Origin: Octopus bimaculoides
Lineage: Eukaryota
Length of the DNA stretch: 50,806 bases
Direction of reading: 5' to 3'
NCBI RefSeq assembly: GCF_001194135.2
Contig: NC_068988.1
Span: forward strand, 45,755,015 to 45,805,820
Shown: positions 24,502-36,280 of the stretch, piece by piece
How the letters are laid out: every line of letters begins with the position of its first letter
Numbering within the stretch: position 1 is the stretch's first letter
Program-made: the position numbers and the translations under genes
Notes under the pieces: generated by a model
The model's input: the letters and a program-made list of their open reading frames with translations, nothing else
Database searches by the model: none
What the model was told of the DNA's origin: nothing

Positions 24502-24946
24502 AACACACACACATTCACTGAACATCACTCTCTTTAGTCTCTCTTCCCTTTTAACTGAAGTTTTATTTTGGTCTTTGCTTCCTCTAACAAGGCTTTCCAC
24601 TTATTTTCCTTCTTTTTTAAAATTTAACTTCACATGATTTCATGCTCTTGTATTAGTGATGTCTTCCTTCCATGCTTTATCTTCCTTCCTTCCTTTCTTT
24701 TACTTTGAACCATTTTCTCTTCTTTGGTCATAAACAAATTTAAATCTCTGTGATAAATAAATACCAAATGAGGAACACTAAACTTCACTTAATTCTAACT
24801 TTACAGCAAGTTTTAAAAACTGTTATTATTCATGTTTTATCTTTTGCTTTTTTTTTTTTTTTTCTATTTTGTTCAGGACTTATGATTTATCTAAGTGTCA
24901 CAGCTGCTATTCTGATGGAGCTATCTTGCTAGGAACAGCGTTAATG

Positions 24947-25086
24947 CAGTGCTATCCTGGGGCATGAGTAGACTAGGCAGTTGCTCAGGATCTATGCATT
25001 CTATGGTTTGCTGTCAATAAATAAATTCTATAGGGCCCAGAGCACTGATTTGCCTGGAGGCCAATAATGCTGTTAAGCTGACCCTA
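24947..25086. mobile_element. Possible short hAT-type MITE
   Basis: CAGTGCTATCC..GGCAGTTGC and TGCCTGGAGGCC..TGTTAAGCTGACCCTA resemble CAGGGCCG..CGGCCCTG-type ends; degenerate. Confidence 0.4.
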
Positions 25087-25649
25087 AGTTGAAGGCTCAT
25101 ATACTTTAACTGTTATTGTGCTGAGACCCTGAAAATGTTATGTAATTCTTGCTAATATTACCCACCTAGCTCTCAGCTACAACTGTGCAAATTCTCAAGT
25201 TTTACTAGAAGTAATAGAGATGCTGAATAAAAGACAATTTTTTAGTTAGTTTGCAATTTTCAAACTCATTGCAGTTTAGTGGCACCTTAGTTCTTTATAT
25301 GAAAGGACAAAATCTAACAGCAAATTGTTTGTATAAAACCTGTCTCCAATAATTCAATTCTACTGTAGCATCCTTACAATGAAGTGAAATTACTGAACAG
25401 ATGAGCTGTAAACCAACTGGCTATTATTAAGTCATATCTTACAGACTATTTTGTCCAGAGTGTTTGGCTAAAATATACTACTATTTGAATCCCCTTCACC
25501 ATTCTGAGGAATAATTTTCAAGATTTTCAGTGACTGCTTTGTTACTTAGTGTAGTACCAGATTTATCTTCGACCTTCTTTTCAATACATAAACTGACATG
25601 ACCTTTATAATCTCCACTTTTATAGCACGTAAATACACACACATACACT

Positions 25650-25779
25650 CAGATAGATAGATAGACAAATAGATAGATAAATAGATAGATAGATAGATAA
25701 ATAGACTGACAGACAGACTGCTAGATAGATAGATAGATAGATAGATAGACAGATAGATAGATAGGCTGACAGACAGACT

Positions 25780-25824
<45 letters not shown>

Positions 25825-25862
25825 GCTGACAGACAGACTGATAGATAGATAGATAGATAGAT
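25650..25862. repeat. (GATA)n array with a higher-order unit carrying GRCTGACAGACAGACT three times
   Basis: Read directly. Confidence 0.9.
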
Positions 25863-25892
25863 ATGAATATATCGTTTTTCAAACAGGAATGG

Positions 25893-25977
25893 CAGTAGCT
25901 TTGTAGTTTCACCCTTCTTAGCCTTTATCAGACTGTCTGATGAAGGCTAAACAGGCTGAAACTTTGAAGTCACTGTT
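25893..25977. ncRNA. Palindromic back-to-back hammerhead pair; plus-strand copy complete, minus-strand copy mutated
   Basis: Plus: GACTGT-CTGATGA-A-GGCT(AAACA)GGCT-GAAA-CT(TTGA)AG-TC-ACTGTT. The inner 28-bp arms match at 24/28 positions around T25934. Confidence 0.72.
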
Positions 25978-26214
25978 AACATTATTCTTGTTAAAGAATA
26001 TTAATTATGTATCATAAAAAAAGTATAAAGTAATTTTTCAGTACTTCAGTTTAATGTAAAATTGTTTTTATTAAAACTATAAATAAAAACAAACATTAAC
26101 GATATGTATATATATTATCTGTACATTTATATAGCACACACACACACACACACATACATGTATACTCACACATACTCAGACACACATGTATGCACACACA
26201 CGTGTATATATATA

Positions 26215-26601
26215 TGACTTGGGGTTACTGCAGAAGATACTTGCTCAAGGGTGATGTGCAATGGGATGGAACCCAAAATCATCTGGTTTAAACCAAACAT
26301 CGTAACTACATGGACATACCTGCACCTCCATGTAAGTATATGTACATGTGTGTTTATGTTTGTATATGTGTATTTATATGTGTGTGTATATATATATATA
26401 TTCTTTTATTGTTTAACTTGTTTCAGTCATTTGATAGTGGCCATGCTAGAGCACCGCCTTAATGGTTTTAGTTGAAGAAATCAACCCCAAGACTTATTCT
26501 TTGTAAATCTAATACTTATTCTATCAGTTGCTTTTTGCCCAACTGTTAAGTTACTAGAACATAAACACACCAGAATTGGTTGTCAGGCAATGGCAGGGGG
26601 A

Positions 26602-26610
<9 letters not shown>
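26215..26610 (-). mobile_element. SINE family B fragments split by microsatellite
   Basis: GAAGATACTTGCTCAAGGG (5' part); CTTGTTTCAGTCATTTGA..GGCCATGCTAGAGCACCGCC (3' part). Confidence 0.7.
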
Positions 26611-26669
<59 letters not shown>

Positions 26670-26864
26670 NNNNNNNNNNNNNNNNNNNNNNNNNNNNNNN
26701 NNNNNNNNNNNNNNNNNNNNNNNNNNNNNNNNNNNNNNNNNNNNNNNNNNNNNNNNNNNNNNNNNNNNNNNNNNNNNNNNNNNNNNNNNNNNNNNNNNNN
26801 NNNNNNNNNNNNNNNNNNNNNNNNNNNNNNNNNNNNNNNNNNNNNNNNNNNNNNNNNNNNNNNN

Positions 26865-26911
<47 letters not shown>

Positions 26912-27384
26912 CATACATACATACATACGCACACACAGTTACAATGTTATTGATGAATACTTGTAGTTAATACTTTTCCAAATCACTAAACTTTATAGGA
27001 CCAGTGCTTATCTCCATTTTCCTGAAATGCTGAGTGAGTGAATAATAAATCTCCTTTAGCAGGATGCCAGAGAATTGCAAATTAAATAAAAGATGAGTTA
27101 CAAGAAAGCAAATACCCAATTGATTTGATAAAATTCTGGAGTAATTTATTATCCTCATATAAGGCACAAAATTCTTATGGCGTATAACCTTTCTTTAAGA
27201 ACCTTTGAATCTAGTTTTACAGCATAAGAATAGTATTTAAACAGAAACCTTGCAGTGAACTGTCAAAGAATTTAAACCAGCTTACAAGCTAATGAAACTA
27301 CTGTCAATTCACTCAAAGTACCCACTTAAAGCTAGGGTGAGTCAATGCGGAAGCATATGTGTCATCTCCCATCCTGATAAAAAC

Positions 27385-27520
27385 AGTGACCAAATGTCTT
27401 TCAAACTCATACCCTACATCTTAGAAAATTAGTACTTAATGCACAGTGTATTCCTAGACATACAGAAAGAAAAGATGTCCATGGGTGGAGTGTCTCTGAT
27501 CATGGAGCTGAGTACTTAGA
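27385..27520 (+). mobile_element. Repeat family E
   Basis: AACAGTGACCAAATGTCTTTCAAACTCATACCCTAC..CCTAGACA..GATCATG. Confidence 0.5.
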
Positions 27521-27934
27521 ACTATTGATAGTTTGGTGAGAGACTCAAAAATCAATGGTTCTGACAGGATATAAACTGCTGATCTCTTGGTTGGTTGTTT
27601 GAAACCTTGCCACTTTGGTGAACTGAGATTGTTCTTGTATCATGCTGACTTTTGTGGAATTTGCAGAGACTGTAAAAAGTGAAGCAGAAAGCAATAGATA
27701 TCCATTCTTTCTAAGATATTAGAGTGACTATCACACACCATAGAGTAACTACCACACACCATTTGATATTGATAAGAGATAAATCTGACCATGAATAATG
27801 AGCAGTTCCAGAAAATTCAGAGCTATATTTTTCAAAGAGGATTCTTATAGCAATATATTTTAGCCAAAACCTCTGGGCACAATTTTAGGATATGACTTAA
27901 TGACTCAAAAGTCAGTTGGCTTACATATCATTAA

Positions 27935-28225
27935 CTCATTACCTCCCATAATTCTATTAACTGGAATTTTTTAATGAAACTTTGATTCCTAGCATAAAAC
28001 AGCCTTAGAAACACGCTGGAATGATAAAAATAACATTTCAAAATAAACATTTTAAATAGAAATAAACGAGATATTGGGTGAAAAATTAGCAAACCTCATT
28101 TGAATATCAGAGAAATATACCTAGTAGATATAGCAAAAAGGTTACATATGTTTAAATATTGACAGATAATTAAGAAATTTGTAATTTTTAAGTGATCTCA
28201 TATGAGATCACTGGTAGGTAGTGGG
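27935..28225. mobile_element. Probable piggyBac-type MITE with a subterminal 22-bp perfect palindrome
   Basis: Right end GGTAGGTAGTGGG-TTAA; degenerate left end TTAA-CTCATTACCTCCC; AGTGATCTCATATGAGATCACT at ~28191-28212. Confidence 0.5.
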
Positions 28226-28422
28226 TTAATACAGGAATTTAGCTTCATTGCAAGTATGCTACCAGGTGACTGAATTATTGGAGATAATTTTTATGGCATC
28301 AATTCACAGATAGATTTTGGTCCCTAATATGAAGGGCCAAGGAGCCGCTAGAGTGATTTGAGTTCTAAAATTGCAAGCTGATAAAACATTTGTCATTTAT
28401 AATTTCAATTTAAATATCAAGT

Positions 28423-28638
28423 AAGGCAGCAAGGTGGGAGAATCATTAGCACGCTGGGAAAAGTACTTAGCAGCATTTGATTTGTCTTTACATTCTGAGT
28501 TCAAATTCTGCCAGGGTCGACTTTGCCTTTTCATCCTTTTGGGGCTGATAAAATAAGTACCAGTCGAGCACTGGGGTTGATGTTATTGACTTACTCCACC
28601 ATCAAAATTCCTGGCCTTGCACCGAAATTTGGAATCAA
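28423..28638 (+). mobile_element. SINE family A
   Basis: GGTCGACTTTGCCTTTTCATCCTTTTGGGGCTGATAAAATAAGTACCAG. Confidence 0.85.
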
Positions 28639-28723
28639 TTTAAATGACAAGTGCTTCTATTAAAAACAGTCAGTTCACATAATTCTTGCTGAGAGCTAGG
28701 TCAATAATACTAGCAAGAATTAA

Positions 28724-28949
28724 CCCTTTAGCATTCAGATTATTTTGTCAAATGGAATGCTTATTTATTCACATTAATTTGAATCAACCATGCATTATAT
28801 CATAGCTTCAAGATTTCAATAATAATGTGATAGTTTATTTTTCAGAATCCCATTGTGGGATAGGTATGAAAGGTTGGATCTGGCCAACTTGGGGGCATAA
28901 AACAAGTAGAATGTTTGGGCTGGATATGGGCGGTTTGAATGTTGAAGGG
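28724..28949. mobile_element. piggyBac-type MITE with TTAA TSD
   Basis: TTAA-CCCTTTAGCATTCAGA...TTTGAATGTTGAAGGG-TTAA. Confidence 0.8.
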
Positions 28950-29789
28950 TTAAGTGACATTGTCAGAGATTCAGTACAACAGCAACCAAGGGATATGAAC
29001 CATTAACACTGAGCTAAGTATACAGCACTATCATAAGGCAAATACCTGGAACACTTAAATAAATCAGAGTTAGCCCTGAATACAGTAGAAAAAAAAAAGC
29101 AATTAATAAAACAGAAATAAAAGAACTTGCTATAGATTTAGAATTAAGTGATGTTGAGTGTTCCTCATTTGGTATTTATTTATCACAGAGATTTAAATTC
29201 ATTTATGACCAAAGAAAAGAAAATGGTTCAAAGCAAAAGGAAGAAAGATTAAGAATGGAAGGATGGTATTACTGATACGAGAGCGTGAAACGATACGAAA
29301 TAAAATTATAAAAGAAAACATGAAATCTTTTTATTAATATTATTTTTAGAAAAGGAGTTGGATGGTAGAATCAGTAGTGTGGTTAATAAAATGCCTTGTG
29401 GTGTTTAGTTATATCCCTTTTTGTTCTGAGTTCATAGTTGTTTTCCATCCATTCGATTTATTAACATAATTACCAACAATTACTGAATTGTTTTAATTGT
29501 GGTTTTTCTGTTGATATTAAAAATCAATAATATGATTTACTTGATAGAAACAGTAAAGTGCTAGACTTTATACCTCAATGTTCTGAGTTCAAAGCCTTTC
29601 AAGGTTACTTTTTAACATTCATCTCTTCAGGTGAAAGGAAAATGAGTATCAACCAGTCACAAATCACGGTCCATTCAAATTCTGTGGTTACTTTGTGCTA
29701 ATATGAAAAATCACTATCTTAATTGGACGCAATTTATCAAGACAACATTCTTCATAGTCTTAGAGTTCAACACATTTTATCCTAAATTC

Positions 29790-30005
29790 AATGTTTTCAT
29801 TCCTTTACCTGTTTGAATTATTAGACTGCGACCATGCTGGGGCACTGCCTTGAAAAAAATTTTCGGTCGGTTCACTTAACTCAGTACCTAAACTTTTTAA
29901 AACCTTGTGCTTATTCTATTGGTCTCTTCTGTTGAACTGCTAATGTTACATGGCTATAAACTCAGCGAAACTGGTTGTCAAGCGACGGTGAGGGACAAAC
30001 ACCGA
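29790..30005 (-). mobile_element. SINE family B 3' part
   Basis: GACTGCGACCATGCTGGGGCACTGCC..ACTGGTTGTCAAGCGACGGTG. Confidence 0.7.
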
Positions 30006-30059
30006 CACAACACAAAGACACACACACACACACACATACACTCACACACACGCAAATAC

Positions 30060-30292
30060 ACATCATCATCAACATCATCATCATCATTTAGCATCCATTT
30101 TCCATGCTGGCATAAGTTAGATGGTTTGAGTGGAACTGGTAATCCAGAGAGCTGCCCCAGGTTCCAGTCTGATTTGACTTGGTTTCTATGGCTGGATGCC
30201 CTTCCCTAACACCAACCACTCCAGATTGTAGTGGGTGCCTTTTACGTGTCACCAGCAGAGGTGCCTTTAACATGTCACCGGCACGGGTGCTT
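30060..30292 (-). mobile_element. Family D copy with only ~2 of the 26-bp units
   Basis: TTTAGCATCCATTTTCCATGCTGGC..GGATGCCCTTCCCTAACACCAACCACTCC..GGTGCCTTTTACGTGTCACCAGCAGAGGTGCCTTTAACATGTCACCGGCACGGGTGC. Confidence 0.85.
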
Positions 30293-30404
30293 ATATATAA
30301 AATAAGCATAAATGGCATTTAAAATTCACAGTAACTGAGCAACTGTTTCAGTAGATTCATATCAGTCCTTATAACAAAATCATTTATATAATATCTATAC
30401 ACAT

Positions 30405-30540
30405 ACAAGTTTCCGTCTACCAAATCCACTCATAGGGTTTTTGTTGGCCTGAAGCTATAGTAGAAGACACCAACTTAAAGTGCCACAACCATGTGGTTAG
30501 GAAGCAAATGTTCCTATCACACAGCTATTCCTGTGCCTGT
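30405..30540 (-). mobile_element. SINE family B (5' part)
   Basis: GTTTCCGTCTACCAAATCCACT..TATAGTAGAAGACAC. Confidence 0.75.
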
Positions 30541-30640
30541 TGTATATCTAAGGTATAAATTTATACTATAATTCTTTCTCCACTGTCCATCATTTATTTG
30601 GTTAATCATTTCCTTATTCATAAATTAGTATCTAAAAATA

Positions 30641-30955
30641 GTGGAGACGCAATGGCCTAGTGGTTAGGGCAGCAGACTCACGGTCGTAGGATCGTGGTTT
30701 CGATTCCCAGACCGAGCGTTGTGTGTGTTTATTAAGTGAAAACACCTAAAGCTCCTTGAAGCTCCACGAGGCTCCGGCAGGGGGTAGTGGCAACCCCTGT
30801 TGTACTCTTTCACCCCCAACTTTCTCTCACTCTTTCTTCCTGTTTCTTGAATAATGCTGTGATGGACTGGCGTCCTGTTCAGCTGGGGGGAACACATATG
30901 CCATAGCAACCAGGAAACTGGGCCCATGACCCTGGCTAGGCTTTCAAAGGGCACA
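30641..30955 (+). mobile_element. Family C head joined to a different 3' module (GATGGACTGGCGTCCTGTTCAG)
   Basis: Matches 17811 up to CTTCCTGTTTCT, then diverges. Confidence 0.8.
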
Positions 30956-31064
30956 TACTAAAAAATAATATAAAAATAGTAGTTTTCAGCCTTCCGTCTA
31001 GTGTTGAAGAGATGAGCTATAAAGCTATTCCCATATAAGCTACAGTTCTATTATTCTTTTATTC

Positions 31065-31695
31065 ATTTTAGTCATTTGACTGCAGCTATGCTGGAGCACC
31101 ACCTTGAAGAGTATTAGTCGAATAAATTGGCCTCAGGACTTAGTTTTTCTTTTAAACCTAGTACTTATTGATCTTTTCGCCATGCTGCTAAATTACTGGG
31201 ACATAAACACACTAACACCAGTTGTCAAGTAGTGATGGGGGATAAACACAGATACAAGGACACATACACCCACTCGCCCACACCCACTCACACACACACG
31301 CATACACATACGACGGACTTCTTTCAGTCTTCATTTACCAAATCCACTCACAAAGATTTGGTCAGCCTGAGGCTACAGTAGAAGACACTTGCCTAAGGTG
31401 CCACACAGTAGGACTGAACCCAGAACCATGTAGTTGGGAAGCAAGCATCTTATTTCTTTATTGCCCACAAGGGGCTAAACATAGAGGGGGCAAACAAGGG
31501 CAGACAAAGGGATTAAGTCGATTACATCGACCCCAGTGCGTAACTGGTACTTAATTTATCGACCTCCCCCGAAAGGATGAAGGGCAAAGTCAACCTCGGC
31601 AGAATTTGAACTCAGAACATAAAGACAGATGAAATACCGCTAAGCATTTCACCTGGCGTGCTAACTTTTCTGCATCTTGCCACACAGCCATGTTC
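31065..31695 (-). mobile_element. SINE family B, interrupted near its 5' end by a family A copy
   Basis: B sequence runs to 31451 and resumes as GCCACACAGCCATG at ~31679. Confidence 0.8.
31452..31671 (-). mobile_element. SINE family A nested in B, with 7-bp TSD GCATCTT
   Basis: GCATCTT at 31445-31451 and 31672-31678. Confidence 0.85.
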
Positions 31696-32438
31696 GTAAC
31701 TTTCTTTTAAATATACTTTTAGCAATTAAATTGAAACCGTGAATGAATTTTAGTTCTCATGGCACATATTGACTGCTCAAGATACTGTACTACAGTGAGT
31801 TGAGTGTCTGTAGCTGGGACATTATAAATATGAATTGTTAATCTTTGCCATTCTATAAAATCCTCTGTAAAACTAGTCTTTTAAAACTTTCTGTCTCTAT
31901 GCCGTATACCAGTAATATGTTACTATGGAGACAATCAAATATGACAGCTATCGTCTTCTCCAACAAAAATTATCACAGTGCCTAGTCAAAAGAAGCCATT
32001 ATCATTATTTTGCTTTCTCTTTTAACAAACAAGGAAATAATCGCCATCTACTCTAACCATGAAGAGAAAATAAAATAATCAATGAACCAATATTAAAAAA
32101 GAAAAGAAAAGAAAAACAAAGCAGAAAACCAAAAAAAAACCCAAAACAAATGAAAGATAAAAATAAATAAAACAAATGTGTATGCCAATGTAAGGAGATT
32201 GATATCACAGGTTAAAGAATTGGCATTTTGTTATCTTGCAATCTCAATGGAAATAATTTCATATTAACGAGGAAATCAGCAATGTAGCTAATCTACTGAT
32301 GAGATCTATTGAGCAACGTTTGTTAATTTTGCCTTCTTTGCAGCCAGAGAGTAGCAAAACAGTAATTTCTTTACAGTGTGATTATTTCTTGCAGTTGTTA
32401 ATGAGATTATGCCATATACATTCACCTTATATGCACAC

Positions 32439-32476
<38 letters not shown>

Positions 32477-32494
32477 TCTCTCTCTCTCTCTCAT

Positions 32495-32528
<34 letters not shown>

Positions 32529-33115
32529 GCATATAGATGCACACTAACAAATTACATACTACAAATTATACAATCACTCTTACTGTTCACTTCATCTGTG
32601 TATATGTGTGGATGTGTGCGCGTAGCATACGTGTATGTTCAGGTTTATGTGTACACACATATATGTCTAAATGCACAAAGTTATATATGCATATACCCTA
32701 ATTAATACACGCACGCACACAAACACATATACGTATACATATATAAATTCACATACCAACACATATTTATGTACAGGAAAACACTAATACATACTGAAAG
32801 TGAATTTCCTTTTCTCATGACTTGAGCTTCATGTGACTCTGTCTTTATGGAGTGACATAAAACTCAAGTTAAAGGAAAAAGAAAGTTAGTTTATTATATA
32901 TAATATATTATACTACATATATTGAGTACATTCAATAAAGATAAATTAAATATAGAGATATACTATTGACAAGCCAATAATTTATTTATATTACAATATT
33001 ACATTAAGTACTATGAATATAATATAACATAAACAATATTATATAACATAAATAATTATAAAAACCATATGAGGTCAACAAATAGTTTTGACTTATACAT
33101 ATTTTTTCTGATATA

Positions 33116-33297
33116 CAGGGGTTGGACAAAATAATGAAAACACCTTAAAATTTCAAACAAATTTATTTCAGTATGGGGTAGGACCATCTTTGGCAGTAAT
33201 TACAGCTTGAATTCTCTGCGGTATGGACTCGTGCAAAGCTTGAGTTGTTTCCAAAGGAATTTTTGTCCATTCTTCAGCTTAAACAGTCTCCAGTTGT
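33116..33297 (-). mobile_element. Tc1-like transposon 3' end
   Basis: TA-CAGGGGTTGGACAAAATAATG terminus. The minus strand encodes AEEWTKIPLETTQALHESIPQRIQAVITAKDGPTPY*, typical of a Tc1 C-terminus. Confidence 0.88.
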
Positions 33298-33849
33298 TGT
33301 AAGTTATAATAATTGTAGTCATAGTTGTTGTTTAGTTCCTTGTAAACTCTGGTCCGGCAGATCTATGATGCTGCTGAGCATTCCAGTTGTGACCATCCTA
33401 GCATCATTTTGAGAGTATGCATGACAATCCTCATCATTATTTAACGTCAGTCATCCATGGAGAAAACTTGTAAGCCAGGGAGCTGCACCAGGTTCCGATC
33501 CGATCTGGCATGGAATTAATATGATAAAATATGTTCTTTGTATTAAGATGGCATAGAATGTTTCGAGAGAGATTTAGTTGCTAGTTCTAGCAGGTTGAAC
33601 AACCATGTAGAAGTGTCTACTGCTCTGGTGGTTCTTGCTGCTGTTGTGTTTCCCATATATTTTGTTGTGGTTACTTTGTGTGAGCATGTGTGTGGTCTTG
33701 CACATGTGTGTGGTCTTGCACATGTGTGTGCTATAGCGTATGTGTTTGCTATTAGTTTGGTACCATTGTTATAATTTATTATCTTTCTAATCTCCAATTC
33801 TATAAAATTTTACAGGTTTTCATGGCAGATGTTTAAGTTTATTAGTTTT

Positions 33850-33954
33850 GCTCCTCTCTCTCTCTGTCTCTCTCTGTCTCTCTCTGTCTCTCTCTCTGTC
33901 TCTCTCTGTCTCTCTCTCTGTCTCTCTCTCTCTCTGTCTCTATCTCTCTCTCTG

Positions 33955-34012
<58 letters not shown>

Positions 34013-34020
34013 AATCTCTC
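33850..34020. repeat. (CT)n/(CTGT) microsatellite
   Basis: Read directly. Confidence 0.95.
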
Positions 34021-34195
34021 GTGCTCTCCATCCTGTTTCTTTATGCATTTCTCTGTCTTATCACCCTATCTCTTTCACACTATCTTAACTTTTTATTCCT
34101 ATCTCTATGTCTGGCTCTTTCGCAATCTTTGAAGACAACCATACCAAAATGAATAAAACAAGGCTGTAGTTTCATTGATAGATATACATGCATAC

Positions 34196-34230
<35 letters not shown>

Positions 34231-34633
34231 NNNNNNNNNNNNNNNNNNNNNNNNNNNNNNNNNNNNNNNNNNNNNNNNNNNNNNNNNNNNNNNNNNNNNN
34301 NNNNNNNNNNNNNNNNNNNNNNNNNNNNNNNNNNNNNNNNNNNNNNNNNNNNNNNNNNNNNNNNNNNNNNNNNNNNNNNNNNNNNNNNNNNNNNNNNNNN
34401 NNNNNNNNNNNNNNNNNNNNNNNNNNNNNNNNNNNNNNNNNNNNNNNNNNNNNNNNNNNNNNNNNNNNNNNNNNNNNNNNNNNNNNNNNNNNNNNNNNNN
34501 NNNNNNNNNNNNNNNNNNNNNNNNNNNNNNNNNNNNNNNNNNNNNNNNNNNNNNNNNNNNNNNNNNNNNNNNNNNNNNNNNNNNNNNNNNNNNNNNNNNN
34601 NNNNNNNNNNNNNNNNNNNNNNNNNNNNNNNNN

Positions 34634-34677
<44 letters not shown>

Positions 34678-34789
34678 TGTATGTATATACATAAATGTCG
34701 AACAATGAAAATGAGTGCTCAACACTGCATTGATGGATAGAATTTCTTTATTTGTATATATCAACAAAACAAGAAAGCTCAAAGGCTGT

Positions 34790-35240
34790 GTAGAAGTAGT
34801 ACACTTTACTGAATGACTTTAGCCTTTCCTCGACCAGTGGTCTTCTCTCACCTAGTGATCTGTCATGTTCAGTGGGGATCCAGACTTCTGATTTTGTAGA
34901 AAGACTATCCCAGTTAAAATCTTTCCAAGGAGAGCCTGTCCACATTGATTTGTGTCGACCTAAAGACGTATAGCTCCCCAAAATAAACAAAGGCTCCAAT
35001 GGCAGAACAATTGGATGAAAACCCTATCATCTCAACAACTGAACTGGTTGGAGAGGGCTATACCAGATGGATTGGCTAAAAAGCATGGCTGAAGCAAGCT
35101 CTGGGCCATCAGCAGTCAGTTGCAATTTTGTGACCTGATCCTGCATGCCACACTTCAGATGTGTTGTGTAGGAGACTACAGCATGGATCACATCCCTACA
35201 AGTTGGGATCAACCCTAATCAAAACCACACCATTGGCATT
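34790..35240 (-). mobile_element. Decayed RTE-like LINE C-terminal fragment
   Basis: YFGEL and EVWIPTEHDRSLGERRPLVEERLKSF resemble the RTE FYGEL...WExxAxDRxxWR segment; frameshifted. Confidence 0.55.
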
Positions 35241-35312
35241 TCTTCACTGATCTTTTCTCATAGAAATATAAATGAAGCAAGAAATACTTGAAAAAGAAGG
35301 CACCAGCAATGG

Positions 35313-35344
<32 letters not shown>

Positions 35345-35451
35345 GTGATGATAATATATATATATATATATGTTTACACACACACATGTATATTAGGTTA
35401 ATGAGAGATACATGCTCGGACGGTGCTCTTAGCACTCCACTGGTACAGGTG

Positions 35452-35504
<53 letters not shown>

Positions 35505-35559
35505 CATGTAAGGCAGGCATTAAAAGATGATGATGATGATGATACATATATGTATATAT

Positions 35560-35623
<64 letters not shown>

Positions 35624-35639
35624 GCACATATATATATAT

Positions 35640-35978
35640 GCTGAGACCCCCTTCGGTCATGACTGACCATGGGATTACACCTAGAAAGTTTCCCTCCCAG
35701 GCACAAGTCCGGGCAAGGTTGTTTGTGGAAGACCAGCAGTCGCCCATGCATACCAGCCTCCCCTCTACATGCCACCAGTGTTATCGAAAAGAAAGGCAAA
35801 GGCCAATACAGCTTGGCACATGTGACATCGCAACTCATTTCTACAGCTGAGTGAACTGGAGCAACGTGAAATAAAGTGCCTTCCTCAAGAACACAACATG
35901 CAGCCCAGTCCAGGATTCGAACTCACAACCTCGCGATTGTAAGCTCGACACTCAAACAATTAAGCCATGTGCCTTCAC
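35640..35978 (-). mobile_element. Family F head with a different, LINE-like 3' tail
   Basis: The head matches 6200-6336 (GTGTTCTTGAGGAAGGCACTTTATTTCACG), but the tail GCATGGGCGACTGCTGGTCTTCC..GAAGGGGGTCTC differs. Confidence 0.75.
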
Positions 35979-36011
35979 ACATACATATATTCTGATTATA
36001 TGTCTGTGCAC

Positions 36012-36255
36012 ATGTTTGAATGTAATGTGTGCCAGAGGGTTTGCAAATCCAATGAGGGTCTTAAAAGACATGTTAGGATCCACAATAAGCAGAACTTACT
36101 TGCAGGTATTGGTAGTGCAAATCAGAGATGCAATCTGTGTGGGTGTTTTTTCAAAACACTGCCTGGTTTAAAAAGCCACATCAGATGCCATGAAAGGGCT
36201 AAGGTGTAGGTGCAGGAGGTGGTCAAACTCTGTGTAAGGAGTAGACAACCACCAT
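36012..36255 (+). mobile_element. Two C2H2 zinc fingers plus a short 3' end; most likely a 5'-truncated RTE LINE terminus
   Basis: FECNVCQRVCKSNEGLKRHVRIH...CNLCGCFFKTLPGLKSHIRCH ERAKV* (stop at 36209). No TGEKP linker; ~45 nt later a (TA)n tail begins. Confidence 0.65.
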
Positions 36256-36280
36256 ATATATATATATATATATATATATA

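Noticed and set aside
27060-27340. hAT dimerisation-like peptide (DLIKFWS..ESSFTA)
   Set aside because: Only weak motif resemblance across stops, and no termini were found.
32344-32361. 18-nt micro-exon PESSKT with a strong acceptor
   Set aside because: The donor (ACA|GTAATT) is mediocre, and such signals occur often by chance in 50 kb.
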